64,000 nucleotides of DNA, taken from an uncultured Spirochaetota bacterium. GTDB taxonomy: Bacteria > Spirochaetota > Spirochaetia > SZUA-6 > Fen-1364. Positions 31,681 to 41,442 of the stretch are shown in pieces (positions within the stretch are counted from its first letter, which is position 1; each line of letters opens with the position of its first letter). The translations under genes were made by a program, and so were the position numbers. The stretch lies in the NCBI GenBank assembly GCA_963781885.1, contig CAWAHW010000002.1, positions 768,001 through 832,000 on the forward strand. The letters run 5' to 3'. Below the pieces are notes generated by a model. The model was given only the letters and a program-made list of their open reading frames with translations, was not told the origin of the DNA and ran no database searches.

Positions 31681-33304
31681 CGTCCACCCCCAGCACGCGG
31701 TGCTCCGGTGCAAAGGGGTCCGCGCAGTCGATCAGCTGGGACACGATCCTGTCGCCGTGCCGCGCGAGAAAGGGCAGCGCGCAAAGAGTCCGTTCCTGCA
31801 GGCCGCCCCGCGGCGCGAGCGTGGACACGAGTCTCTGCACCTTGCCGCGCAGGATCACGTTCTTCTTCCGCGCGGCCTGTGCGATCTTTTTTTCCAGCCG
31901 GTCGAGCTGCCACAGGGAACGCGACTTTCCAAGCTCCGCGGTCCTGTGCAGCGTCGCGTCCAGGCCGTCGATCTCTCCCACGATCCCGCGCCACGTCTCC
32001 TCCACGGCTGCGCGGCTCTGCGCCATCCGTGAGGTGAGGGAGGCGGGGATCTCCCGCTTGAGAATGTCGTCGATCACGCGCTCGCCGCGCCGCAGCGCCT
32101 GCACGAGACTCACGCCGAGCCGCGCCTGCAGCCGGCCCATCTTTTCGTCCATCAGGGTGAAGGAGGAGCGGGGCATCATGATCGGCATGGGGATGCCCAT
32201 GCGGTCGTAGGCGAGCGTGAGCTGCGCCCAATAGGCGATCTCGGACGGCCCCAGCACGGCGGCAAGCGTGGGGAAGACCGCGTCCTGGAAGAGGGGACGC
32301 AGCATCGCGTTCGGCGTGAATGCGTCGGGATCGGATTCGAACAGGTCCGCAAGCTCGCGCGGGGAAAAACGCCTGCCCGCGGACTTGAGCTGGTAGCCGT
32401 CGCCGGCAGTCAGGATCGCGTCGCGGCCGGGGGCCTGGTGGAAAAGGGTGAGGAAGCCCTGCCGCAGCTCGATCTGGGCGTGGAAACCGGCCTTCTCCAG
32501 ACGCGCGGTCTGCTCGAGGGCGGCATTCGTGACGGGGCTCTTCTCCAATATCTCCCGCCGGAAAAGGGGCATCGCCATTCTCTTCAGCCGCGCATCCGAG
32601 GGATCGACGAGCACGAGCCCCGTGCCGATGAAGAGACGCTTCATCCATGCCTTGAAAGCCTCGGTGTAGGTGCGTCCGGCAGCGTAGGCAACGCGCAGGT
32701 CGGCAATCATCTCGGCGGAGAATCCACCTTCCGGCAGCGCGGCGGAAAGCCCGTCGATCAGGGTGTCGACCTCCGCGCCCAGCGTGACGCGGGAAACGGG
32801 AATCTTTGCCGCGCCTCCACCAGGCATGCGCAGCTCCTGCAGCGCACCGTCACGGTCCGTGATCCACGCGTGATTGATCTCCTCCAGATCGCTGTCCTCC
32901 GAGGCGATCCAGAAGATCGGTATCACGGGCCGGCCGAGCTTCTTCTCCCGGCTGCGGGCAAGGGAAAGGATCGTGGCCGCCTTGTGAATGGTGTAGAGCG
33001 GCCCGCCGAACAAACCTGCCTGCTGGCCGCCGATCACCACGAGTGATTCCGGCTGCTCCAAGCGGGCGATGTTTTCCCCGACCGCCGTGTCGGCGTCCGC
33101 GCCCCCATTCTGATCGCGCAGGATGCCACAAAGCGACCTCCTGTCGTACGTCGCCGCATCCACCCGGCGCGCCTGCCGTTCGAAGACCCCCGGGTCCTGG
33201 AAGTGATGCGGCAGGAGGGCCGTCACGTCGGGACGCGCTTCCCAGAATCCGGCGTACAGACCGGTCGTGGAGGGGATGTCGCGCAGGGAGATGCTTTGAA
33301 CCAT
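31652..33304 (-). CDS. bshC: Bacillithiol biosynthesis cysteine-adding enzyme BshC
   Basis: GGQQAGLFGGPLYTIHKA, FWIASED, GPSEIAYWAQ and LQER motifs. Confidence 0.92.
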   Translation of the reverse strand: MVQSISLRDIPSTTGLYAGFWEARPDVTALLPHHFQDPGVFERQARRVDAATYDRRSLCGILRDQNGGADADTAVGENIARLEQPESLVVIGGQQAGLFGGPLYTIHKAATILSLARSREKKLGRPVIPIFWIASEDSDLEEINHAWITDRDGALQELRMPGGGAAKIPVSRVTLGAEVDTLIDGLSAALPEGGFSAEMIADLRVAYAAGRTYTEAFKAWMKRLFIGTGLVLVDPSDARLKRMAMPLFRREILEKSPVTNAALEQTARLEKAGFHAQIELRQGFLTLFHQAPGRDAILTAGDGYQLKSAGRRFSPRELADLFESDPDAFTPNAMLRPLFQDAVFPTLAAVLGPSEIAYWAQLTLAYDRMGIPMPIMMPRSSFTLMDEKMGRLQARLGVSLVQALRRGERVIDDILKREIPASLTSRMAQSRAAVEETWRGIVGEIDGLDATLHRTAELGKSRSLWQLDRLEKKIAQAARKKNVILRGKVQRLVSTLAPRGGLQERTLCALPFLARHGDRIVSQLIDCADPFAPEHRVLGVDAATLSMVTE

Positions 33305-33405
33305 GCCACTATCCTACCCAAAGCGCGGAGCAGAGGCAATCTTGCCCCTGCTCCACCCCCGCCGCCTGCCGTTGATTTCCCCCGGCTGCACATTATACTA
33401 GGAGC

Positions 33406-35064
33406 ATGAAGCTGACCCGCCCCGTCTTCGCGATCCTCCCCGCGGTCTTCGCATTCACTCTCCTTGCCGCGGCATCGGCCTCCGCCGCCGCGCTCGGCGT
33501 CGACACGAACGAGCTGAAAACGGCCCCGAAGATCGATTTCGTGAACTACACCGGGTCCGTGAACATATTCGACACCGACCTGGACATCCGCGGCATCGGC
33601 ATGAATCTTGCCCGCCAGATACACGGCGGCCAGCCCGTCGCGAGCTTCTGGACCAAGTATTCAGCGATCCACGCCACCGACACGGCGGAGCCTGACAAGC
33701 TGAGCGCGGACATCATCTCTTTCGACAAGGACGCGAAGATCGACCACATCGACAACGTGCGCCGCGTCGTCTCCGCGTACCTTTCTTCGCTCTACCAGTA
33801 CCCGCGGCGGGACTCCGATCTCCTGGCGCTTTTCGTGTCCTACTACAATGCCGCCAACCGCGGCATCCTCGCCTATTTCACCGGCAAGTACAAGAACGTC
33901 GTGCTCTCCCACCTCACCGCGGACAAGGTGGGGCTTTCCACGAAGTACTTCGACTGGCCCGGGAAGACCCAGATCGTCATCCCCCTCAATGAGAGCGCGA
34001 CGAAGGACATCTTCGGCGCCCTCAACTCCTCGGAGATCTCCAACAAGGCGGTGATCGACCAGCTCAAGGCGCAGGACAACAAGGGCATCCCCGAGCGCAC
34101 GGCCATCAACACCCTGAAGCAGCAGGAGGTGAACCAGGGCCAGGCGGTCATCAACCAGGAGGCGAAGAAGCTCGCCGACCAGCAGCAGCAGACCGCGCAG
34201 GCCCAGGCAGCCCTGGATGCCGCCCGCAAGGCGGCGGAGCAGGCAACGACCGACCAGCAGAAGCAGGCGGCGCAGCAGCAGGTGGCGCAGCAGCAGCAGG
34301 TGGTGGACCAGAAGCAGGCGCAGCAGCAGGCCACGGAGCAGAAGATCGCGACGCAGGAAGCCGCCGTGCAGCAGAAGCAGCAGGAAGTCCAGCAGGAAAA
34401 GAAGGACATCGCCGCCGACCAGACGGCGCAGAGCGCGGCGCAGAACCCCGCGCAGGCGCAGAAGGATCTCGCCGCGCAGCAGGCGCAGGTGGCGCAGCGG
34501 GAAGCGACGGTCGCGGCCGCCGAGCAGTCGCTGAAGAACAAGCAGACCGACCAGGCGATCTTCGCCGGCAAGCTCTACTACCTGAAGATCAAGGAATACC
34601 TGACGGGCGGGCACTACAACAACGACATGCTCGTCATCGACGCCGCCACGGGCGCGGTGCTGCTGAAGTCCACCGAGGCGCAGATCTGCGGCCGCAAGTT
34701 CGACCTTTTCACCAACGGCGTCGTGGTGATCACGTACAAGACCAACCACAATGAAGGCCACTACCTGACGCTGCTCGACCTGGATACGCTCCAGCGCAAG
34801 GCCATCAGCGACGAAGCGGTCTTCTTCCGCAGCTTCGTGGAGACGCGCGACAATTTCACCTATGTCGTCGTCCAGCGCGACAACTCGTATTACCTGGGCA
34901 AGTTCAGCTCCGACATGAAGCTCGCGGCCATCTCCAAGGAGGAGGTTGACCCGGATTCCTTCATCAGCTTCTTCAACGACCTGGTGTACATCAACGGCAA
35001 GGACAAGAACATCCTGGTCCTGAACAAGGCGGACCTGACGACGAAGAAGGCGATCACGCCGTAG
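33406..35064 (+). CDS. P83/100-family spirochete protein with a Gln-rich coiled coil
   Basis: Signal peptide, IDFVNYTG, IDHIDNVRR and WPGKTQIVIPL patterns, and a Q/A-rich central region. Confidence 0.8.
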   Translation: MKLTRPVFAILPAVFAFTLLAAASASAAALGVDTNELKTAPKIDFVNYTGSVNIFDTDLDIRGIGMNLARQIHGGQPVASFWTKYSAIHATDTAEPDKLSADIISFDKDAKIDHIDNVRRVVSAYLSSLYQYPRRDSDLLALFVSYYNAANRGILAYFTGKYKNVVLSHLTADKVGLSTKYFDWPGKTQIVIPLNESATKDIFGALNSSEISNKAVIDQLKAQDNKGIPERTAINTLKQQEVNQGQAVINQEAKKLADQQQQTAQAQAALDAARKAAEQATTDQQKQAAQQQVAQQQQVVDQKQAQQQATEQKIATQEAAVQQKQQEVQQEKKDIAADQTAQSAAQNPAQAQKDLAAQQAQVAQREATVAAAEQSLKNKQTDQAIFAGKLYYLKIKEYLTGGHYNNDMLVIDAATGAVLLKSTEAQICGRKFDLFTNGVVVITYKTNHNEGHYLTLLDLDTLQRKAISDEAVFFRSFVETRDNFTYVVVQRDNSYYLGKFSSDMKLAAISKEEVDPDSFISFFNDLVYINGKDKNILVLNKADLTTKKAITP

Positions 35065-35126
35065 CCAGGGAAGGCGAGGGCGAGCGAGTGCAGGGATGCA
35101 CGGGAGCGAGTCCATAGCCAGGGAAG
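35062..35126 (+). repeat. Short dispersed intergenic repeat
   Basis: 35062-35089 matches the reverse complement of 21921-21948 at 26/28. TAGCCAGGGAAG is repeated at 35062-35073 and 35115-35126. Confidence 0.7.
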
Positions 35127-35182
35127 CGTCGTGCGCCGAAGGCGCGCGGACGGCGAGAGCCGTGACGGCACCGTCGGCCGGC

Positions 35183-37102
35183 CTATTTCGCGAAGATGGC
35201 CGCGATCTCCTTCTTGTACATGTCGTTCACGACGTCGCGCTTCAGCTTCAGCGTCCCGACGGTGAGCTCGCAGCCGACCTCGAAGTGCCGCGGGATGAGG
35301 GTGAAGCGGAACACGCGCTCGAAGAGGCGGAAGCCCTTCTTCTCGTTCACCCGTGAGTTGATCTCGTCAGAGTAGTGTTCAAGGATCTGCGGATTGGCCA
35401 TGAGGTCCTCGCGGGCCACCCAGTCGATGTCGTTTTCCTTCGCGTACTTTTCCAGCGCGTCGATATTGGGGATCACGAGGGCGCCAAGGAATTTCTGGTC
35501 CTGTCCGACCACCATGACCTGGTCGATGAGCTCGCTCTGGAGGATCGTGTCCTCGATGGGAACCGGCTCGACGTTTTCACCGCCCAGGAGCACGATCGTC
35601 TCCTTGGTCCTCCCGAGGATGCGGAGCTCGCCCCGGTGCGTCATCATGCCCACGTCGCCCGTGTTCAGCCAGCCATCCGGGGAGAGAACCTCCGCGGTCT
35701 TGTCGGGGCTCTTGTAATAGCCCTTCATCACGTTGGGGCCCTTGCAGAAGAGCACGCCCTTTTTCCCCGGCCCGACCTCGGCTCCGGTGTCCGCGTCCAG
35801 GAGCTTGATCTGCATCTCGTCGAGCGCGGGTCCGATGGTCCCCACGACGGGCCTTTTCTCCAGTCGGACCGAAACCACGGGCGCGGTCTCCGTGAGCCCG
35901 TAACCTTCGAGGAGAAGGATACCGACGGCCTGGAAGAAGCGGTCGACGTAGGGCGGCAGCGCACCGCCACCGGACACCGAGAAGCGGAACTTCCCGCCGA
36001 AAAGCGCCTTCACCTTCTTGAATACCAGGACATTGCCCAGCGCCTTGAAGGGGCTGAGGAGCAGGTAGGGGATGATACCCATCAGGAAGTCCGTCACGCG
36101 GAAACGACGGCGAAACTGCAGGGCCCATCCGCGGACGAGCGCGCGCATCATGGTGTGCGCCTCTCCCACTTTCACGAAGAATGAAAACAGGGAAGCCTTG
36201 ATCCCACCCTCTTCCCGGATCTTGCGGAATATGCCCGCGCTGACGTTCTCCCAGATCCGGGGGGCGCCCGCCATGACGGTGGGCCGCACGTCGATCATGT
36301 CGGCCATGAGCACCTTGCCGATGAGCTTGGAGTAGGCAAGTGAAGCGCCATTGCGGAACACGATGTACTCCACGATCCGCTCGAAGGAATGCCAGACCGG
36401 CAGCACGGAGAGGAAGCAGTCCCTGTTGTCGACCGTAATGCACTGGGGAACCGTGGTTCGCAGGTTGTGCAGGAAGTTCTCATTGGAGAGCATGACGCCC
36501 TTGGGCTCGCCCGTGGTGCCCGAGGTATAAATGAGCGTGGCAAGCTCGTCGCGCGTTCCCTTCTCCACCTCCCGCATGTAGACCGGGGGATCCTTTGCGA
36601 TCGCTGTCTTTCCCCTTTCCATCACGTCAGCAAAAGCATGGAGGATCACGCCGGCCGTGGCTTCCGTGAACTGTGAGGGCGCGAATTCGCCGTCCATGAC
36701 GATGATGGACTTCAAGGCCGGAAGCCCTTTCTTCTGGGAGAATATCTTTCTCACCTGCTCGGCGTTTTCCGCCACGACGAGCGCGCATTCGGCGTGGGCC
36801 AGGATGTAGCGCATTTCCTCCGGCAGGGTATCGGCTCCGCGCGGCGTGTCCGCGGCGCCGATGCCCAGTATGCCCTGGTCGGCGATGATCCATTCCTTGC
36901 GGTTGTCCGCGATGATGCCGACGTGGTCGCCGCGCTTGACGCCCAGGGTGAGGAGACCGGCACCGAAGCACGCGGAGAGCTCCGCAAACTCGGCATAAGT
37001 GACGGTTTCCCATGCGCCGCTTTTATTCTTGCTGATGAGCGCCGGTTTGTCCGGCTGACGAGCGGCGACGGCGCGAATGACCTTGACGACCGTATCTTCC
37101 AT
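35183..37102 (-). CDS. Long-chain-fatty-acid--CoA ligase
   Basis: YTSGTTGEPKG, EGYGLTET and GWLNTGD motifs. Confidence 0.93.
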   Translation of the reverse strand: MEDTVVKVIRAVAARQPDKPALISKNKSGAWETVTYAEFAELSACFGAGLLTLGVKRGDHVGIIADNRKEWIIADQGILGIGAADTPRGADTLPEEMRYILAHAECALVVAENAEQVRKIFSQKKGLPALKSIIVMDGEFAPSQFTEATAGVILHAFADVMERGKTAIAKDPPVYMREVEKGTRDELATLIYTSGTTGEPKGVMLSNENFLHNLRTTVPQCITVDNRDCFLSVLPVWHSFERIVEYIVFRNGASLAYSKLIGKVLMADMIDVRPTVMAGAPRIWENVSAGIFRKIREEGGIKASLFSFFVKVGEAHTMMRALVRGWALQFRRRFRVTDFLMGIIPYLLLSPFKALGNVLVFKKVKALFGGKFRFSVSGGGALPPYVDRFFQAVGILLLEGYGLTETAPVVSVRLEKRPVVGTIGPALDEMQIKLLDADTGAEVGPGKKGVLFCKGPNVMKGYYKSPDKTAEVLSPDGWLNTGDVGMMTHRGELRILGRTKETIVLLGGENVEPVPIEDTILQSELIDQVMVVGQDQKFLGALVIPNIDALEKYAKENDIDWVAREDLMANPQILEHYSDEINSRVNEKKGFRLFERVFRFTLIPRHFEVGCELTVGTLKLKRDVVNDMYKKEIAAIFAK

Positions 37103-37232
37103 GGCCTGCCTCTTCAAATGCGCGAAAATCAGGTTAATTGCCCAACGATCCTAACATAGCTGACTATTGCGGTCAAGAAATTTTCGCAGCGTTTGGCATG
37201 CCCGGACGCGGGAGTCGCCCGTCGGGGCGACC

Positions 37233-38426
37233 CTATGTGAGGACCTTGAGCCTTTTGCCGACTCGCGTGAATGCGCCGACGCACGCCCGAAGATCGTCCT
37301 CGGTGTGCAGCGCGGAGACCTGCACCCTGATGCGCGCCTGGCCTTTGGGCACGACGGGATGGCTGAACCCGACAACGTAAATACCCTCGTCAAGCAGCTG
37401 CCGCGCCATGTCCACCGCGCGACGCTCGTCGTACAGCATGATGGGGACGATGGGATGGATGCCGGGCTTGATGTCAAAGCCTGCCGCGGAAATCTCGCGG
37501 CGGAAAAAGGCCGTGTTGCGCTCCAGGGTGTCGCGAAGCTCCGTGCTCCGGGAGAGCAGGTCGATCACCGCGATGCTCGTCGCGGCGACCACGGGCGCGA
37601 GGGTGTTGGAGAACAGGTAGGGCCTGCTGCGCTGCCGCAGCAGCTCCACGATCTGGGCGCGCCCGGCGACGCAGCCGCCCGTGGCCCCGCCAAGGGCCTT
37701 GCCGAATGTCGTGGAGATGAGGTCCACCCTGCCCATGACGCCGCAGTGCTCGGCCGTGCCGCGCCCCGTCTTCCCCATGAATCCCGTTGCGTGGCTGTCG
37801 TCGACCATGACCAGCGCGTGATGCTTCTCCGCGAGACCGCAGATTTCCGCGAGCTTCGCGATATCCCCGTCCATGGAAAAGACGCCATCGGTCACGACGA
37901 GCTTCAGGCGCGCCGTCGCCGCGAGGGTGAGCTTCGCATCGAGGTCCGCCATGTCGCCGTGCGCGTAGATGTGGCGCGCAGCCTTGCACAGCCGCGTGCC
38001 GTCGATGATGGACGCATGGTTGAGCTGATCGGTGATGAGGGCGCAGTCGCCGTCCAGCAGGGGCTCGAAGACCCCGCCGTTGGCATCGAAGCAGGATGAG
38101 AAAAGGATGCATGCATCGGTGCCGAGGAATGCCGCCATGCGCTTTTCAAGCGTTTCGTGCACCTCCTGGGTGCCGCAGATGAAGCGCACGGATGCCATGC
38201 CGTATCCCCAACGGTCCAGCGCCTCGTGGGCGGCCGCGACGACGGCGGGGTGCGACGCGAGCCCGAGGTAATTGTTCGCGCAGAAGTTGAGGACCTCCCG
38301 ATCGGGTCGGACCCGGATGCGCGCCCCCTGGGGCGTAGCGATCGCGTGCTCTTCCTTGTAGGTGCCGGCCGCGTGGATCTCGGCAAGACGCGCCGCGACC
38401 AGATGCCGGGATTCCTCGTCAAACAT
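37233..38426 (-). CDS. kbl: 2-amino-3-ketobutyrate CoA ligase (glycine C-acetyltransferase)
   Basis: [26 protein letters not shown] and RPYLFSN; coupled to tdh. Confidence 0.95.
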   Translation of the reverse strand: MFDEESRHLVAARLAEIHAAGTYKEEHAIATPQGARIRVRPDREVLNFCANNYLGLASHPAVVAAAHEALDRWGYGMASVRFICGTQEVHETLEKRMAAFLGTDACILFSSCFDANGGVFEPLLDGDCALITDQLNHASIIDGTRLCKAARHIYAHGDMADLDAKLTLAATARLKLVVTDGVFSMDGDIAKLAEICGLAEKHHALVMVDDSHATGFMGKTGRGTAEHCGVMGRVDLISTTFGKALGGATGGCVAGRAQIVELLRQRSRPYLFSNTLAPVVAATSIAVIDLLSRSTELRDTLERNTAFFRREISAAGFDIKPGIHPIVPIMLYDERRAVDMARQLLDEGIYVVGFSHPVVPKGQARIRVQVSALHTEDDLRACVGAFTRVGKRLKVLT

Positions 38427-39460
38427 GGTCGGCCTCCCCGGCGAGCTCCAGGATCACCTTGCCGCATTCGCCGCTCTGCATGACGGCGAATCCTTCCGCG
38501 AAGCGTTCAAGCGGGTAGCGATGGGTGAGCACGGGCCGCACGTCCAGACCGCTCTGCAGCATCGTCTGCATCTTGTACCACGTCTCGAATATCTCCCGCC
38601 CGTAGATTCCCTTGATGACGAGCCCTTTGAAGATGACCTGGTCCCCACCGGATGCCCGTCGAGTTCGGCAGGATGCCCAGCAGCGCGATCCTGCCGCCGT
38701 GGTGCATGTTCTCCAGCATCGTCTCGAAAGCCGTCCCATTGCCCGACATCTCGAGGCCGATGTCGAAACCGATGATGCCCAGCCGCGTGCGCGCCTCCTC
38801 GATGCTCTCCCGGCGCACGTTTACCGTCAGCGTCGCCCCCATCTTTGCGGCGAGCGCGAGCCGGTAGTCGTTGACGTCGGTGACGACGATGCGCTGGGCG
38901 CCGCAGTGCCGGCAGATCGCCGCGGCCATGATGCCGATGGGGCCGGCCCCGGTGATGAGGATGTCCTCGCCGACAAGGTCGAAGGAGAGGGCCGAATGGG
39001 TGGCATTGCCCAGCGGGTCGAGGAAGCAGGCGATCTCCGAGGGAATCTTCGGATGCACGTGCCACGCGTTTGACGCGGGCAGGGAGAGGTATTCCGCGAA
39101 GCAGCCGTCACGGTTCACGCCGATGCCCACGGTGTTCGTGCAGAGATGGCGCCGCCCGGCGCGGCAGCTCCGACAGACGCCGCAGACGATGTGCCCTTCG
39201 CCGGACACGCGCTCCCCGATCTGGTACCCGCTCACGTTCGCGCCCTTGTCCACGATGATGCCGACGAACTCGTGCCCCGTGATCAGGGGCGGCTTCAGGG
39301 TCCGCTGCGACCACTCGTCCCAGTTCCAGATGTGGAGGTCCGTGCCGCAGATCGCGGCTTTCGTGACCTTCACCATCAGGTCGTTGCCTCCGATGCGGGG
39401 CAGCGGCGCTTCCACCAGCTCCAGTCCCGGACCGGAGCGCCTCTTCATGAGCGCTTTCAT
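38419..39460 (-). CDS. tdh: L-threonine 3-dehydrogenase; frameshift near 38644
   Basis: [14 protein letters not shown], Zn-cluster cysteines and GAGPIG; C-terminus KGIYGRE...CGKVIL in the second frame. Confidence 0.93.
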
Positions 39461-39526
39461 GCGGCTGAGTATACGGCCGGGCCGGCCCTTGCGCAATTCG
39501 CGTGATGCTGCTATGACAACCGACCG

Positions 39527-40621
39527 ATGAGCACGGAACTACTTTTTGCAAGCTATCTGCCCGCGACGCTCGAGCCGAAGAACTCCATCGGCGCCAAGTG
39601 GACGCGTCTCCTGGCGGGGCTCGACCTGGCCCGGGTCGTGCGGGGAAAGCGGACGGCGATCAAGGTCCACCTGGGCGGCGGGTCGGGATTCACGACCATC
39701 CATCCCTACTTCATGCGCAGCCTCGTGGCGGCCGTGAAGGAGGCCGGCGCGCGCGACGTTTTCGTCACCGACACGCATTCCGGCGTGAAGAGCGCCATCG
39801 ACCGGGGCTACACCGCCGAAGTGCTCGGGTGTCCGATCCTTTCCATGTCCGGCCCGGACGACACCGACCTCGTGAATCTGCCCGTGGAACCGGCCTTTCG
39901 CGCGCTCTCCGGCATCTCGCTGGGCGCCGAGATCATGCGGGCGGAGGCCCTCATCGACTTTTCCCACCTGAAGGGCCACGGCTCCTGCGGCTTCGGCGGC
40001 GCGGCGAAGAATCTCTCCATGGGATGCGTGAACGAAAAGACGCGCAGCGTGCTGCATTCGCTGGAGGGCGGGCTGGAGTGGGATGCCGAGGGGTGCACGC
40101 TGTGCAAGACGTGCGAGGAGAACTGCCCGAACAAGGCCATCTCCTTCCCCGAAGACACCTTCACGGTCTTCTATCACAACTGCAAGCTCTGCCAGCACTG
40201 CGCCCTCATCTGTCCGCAGAAGGCCATCACGATGACCGGCGGCGCCTTTGCCGATTTCCAGAAGGGGCTCGCGCTCGCCGCCGACGTCGTGCTGAAGCAT
40301 TTCCCCCGTGAGAACCAGCTCTTCATCACGATGCTCATGAATATCACGGTGTTCTGCGACTGCTGGGGCATGACGACGCCGGCGCTCGTTCCTGACGTCG
40401 GCATCCTCGCCGGCAGGGACATCGTGGCAATGGAGCAGGCATCGCTGGACATGGTGCGCACGGAGAAGCTCATCCCGGGCTCCCTGCCCGCCGGCTGGGA
40501 GCTGCGACCGGGGGATCACCTTTTCGAGCGCGTGCACGGCAAGAACCCCTTTGTGATCGTGGGTGAGCTCCAGAAGCTGGGCTGGGGGCACCGCGCCTAC
40601 ACGCTCACGGAGATCGCATAG
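39527..40621 (+). CDS. DUF362 domain protein with a 2x[4Fe-4S] ferredoxin domain
   Basis: AIKVHLG, SHLKGH and GGAAKNLSMG; CTLCKTCEENCP and CKLCQHCALICP. Confidence 0.85.
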   Translation: MSTELLFASYLPATLEPKNSIGAKWTRLLAGLDLARVVRGKRTAIKVHLGGGSGFTTIHPYFMRSLVAAVKEAGARDVFVTDTHSGVKSAIDRGYTAEVLGCPILSMSGPDDTDLVNLPVEPAFRALSGISLGAEIMRAEALIDFSHLKGHGSCGFGGAAKNLSMGCVNEKTRSVLHSLEGGLEWDAEGCTLCKTCEENCPNKAISFPEDTFTVFYHNCKLCQHCALICPQKAITMTGGAFADFQKGLALAADVVLKHFPRENQLFITMLMNITVFCDCWGMTTPALVPDVGILAGRDIVAMEQASLDMVRTEKLIPGSLPAGWELRPGDHLFERVHGKNPFVIVGELQKLGWGHRAYTLTEIA

Positions 40622-40632
40622 CCGTCTCCCTT

Positions 40633-41433
40633 TCAGCCCGCGAGATCGAATCTCCGCGCCATGATCGCCGCCACCACGCCGCGCGGCAGGTGGCGGGCAA
40701 GAAAGCCCTGCACGCGTGCGAATCGTCCGGTAAAAGAGAGCGGCCTCGGGTTGCGCGCGCGCAGGAGGGAGAGCACCGTGCGCGCGACGACCGCGGGGGC
40801 GGAAGCTGCGGCGGTCTGGCGCGCCCGGCTCGCTCCCACGCGCGCCACCGCCGCCGCATACGGTGAGTCGGGCTTCATGACGAGCGTCTGGCCGAGCCCG
40901 GTCCGGATGAAGGTCGGCGCAACGACGCAGACCTTGATGCCGTACTCCGCGACCTCCATCCTGAGGCACTCGGCAAAGGCCCGGATGGCGGCCTTGCTCG
41001 CGGAGTAGAGCGAGGAAAAGGGGGAGGGGGCCTCGCTGCGCATCGATCCGATGAAGATCACCGTGCCCTGGCGCCTCTCCCGCATGCCCGCCAGCACCGC
41101 CTGCGTGAGCTGGATCGAGCTGAAAAGGTTGAGCTGAAAAAGCTCGCGCACCTTTTCCGGGCCCGCCTCTTCCGCGGGCCCGAGGGGGCTCGCCCCGGCA
41201 TTGTTGATCAGGACATCGACCTCGCCCGCCTGCCGCGCGAGCTCGGCGGTGGACTGCGGATCGGTTGCCTCGAAGGGGAGATACGTCACGCCATCCAGCC
41301 TGTCGGCCGGGGAAAGCTTCTCCGGAGCCCGGCAGGTCGCCACGACCCCCCATCCCTCCGCGAGCATCCCCTCCGCGATCGCCCGCCCGATGCCCTGTGA
41401 CCCGCCGGTAACGAGCACTCTGCCGTATGCCAT
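40633..41433 (-). CDS. Short-chain dehydrogenase/reductase
   Basis: TGGSQGIG, NNAG and YSASK. Confidence 0.92.
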   Translation of the reverse strand: MAYGRVLVTGGSQGIGRAIAEGMLAEGWGVVATCRAPEKLSPADRLDGVTYLPFEATDPQSTAELARQAGEVDVLINNAGASPLGPAEEAGPEKVRELFQLNLFSSIQLTQAVLAGMRERRQGTVIFIGSMRSEAPSPFSSLYSASKAAIRAFAECLRMEVAEYGIKVCVVAPTFIRTGLGQTLVMKPDSPYAAAVARVGASRARQTAAASAPAVVARTVLSLLRARNPRPLSFTGRFARVQGFLARHLPRGVVAAIMARRFDLAG

Positions 41434-41442
41434 GGTGTGCCG

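Noticed and set aside
34120-34560. CAG-rich low-complexity stretch as a repeat element
   Set aside because: It is the Gln/Ala-rich coiled coil of the P83/100 protein.
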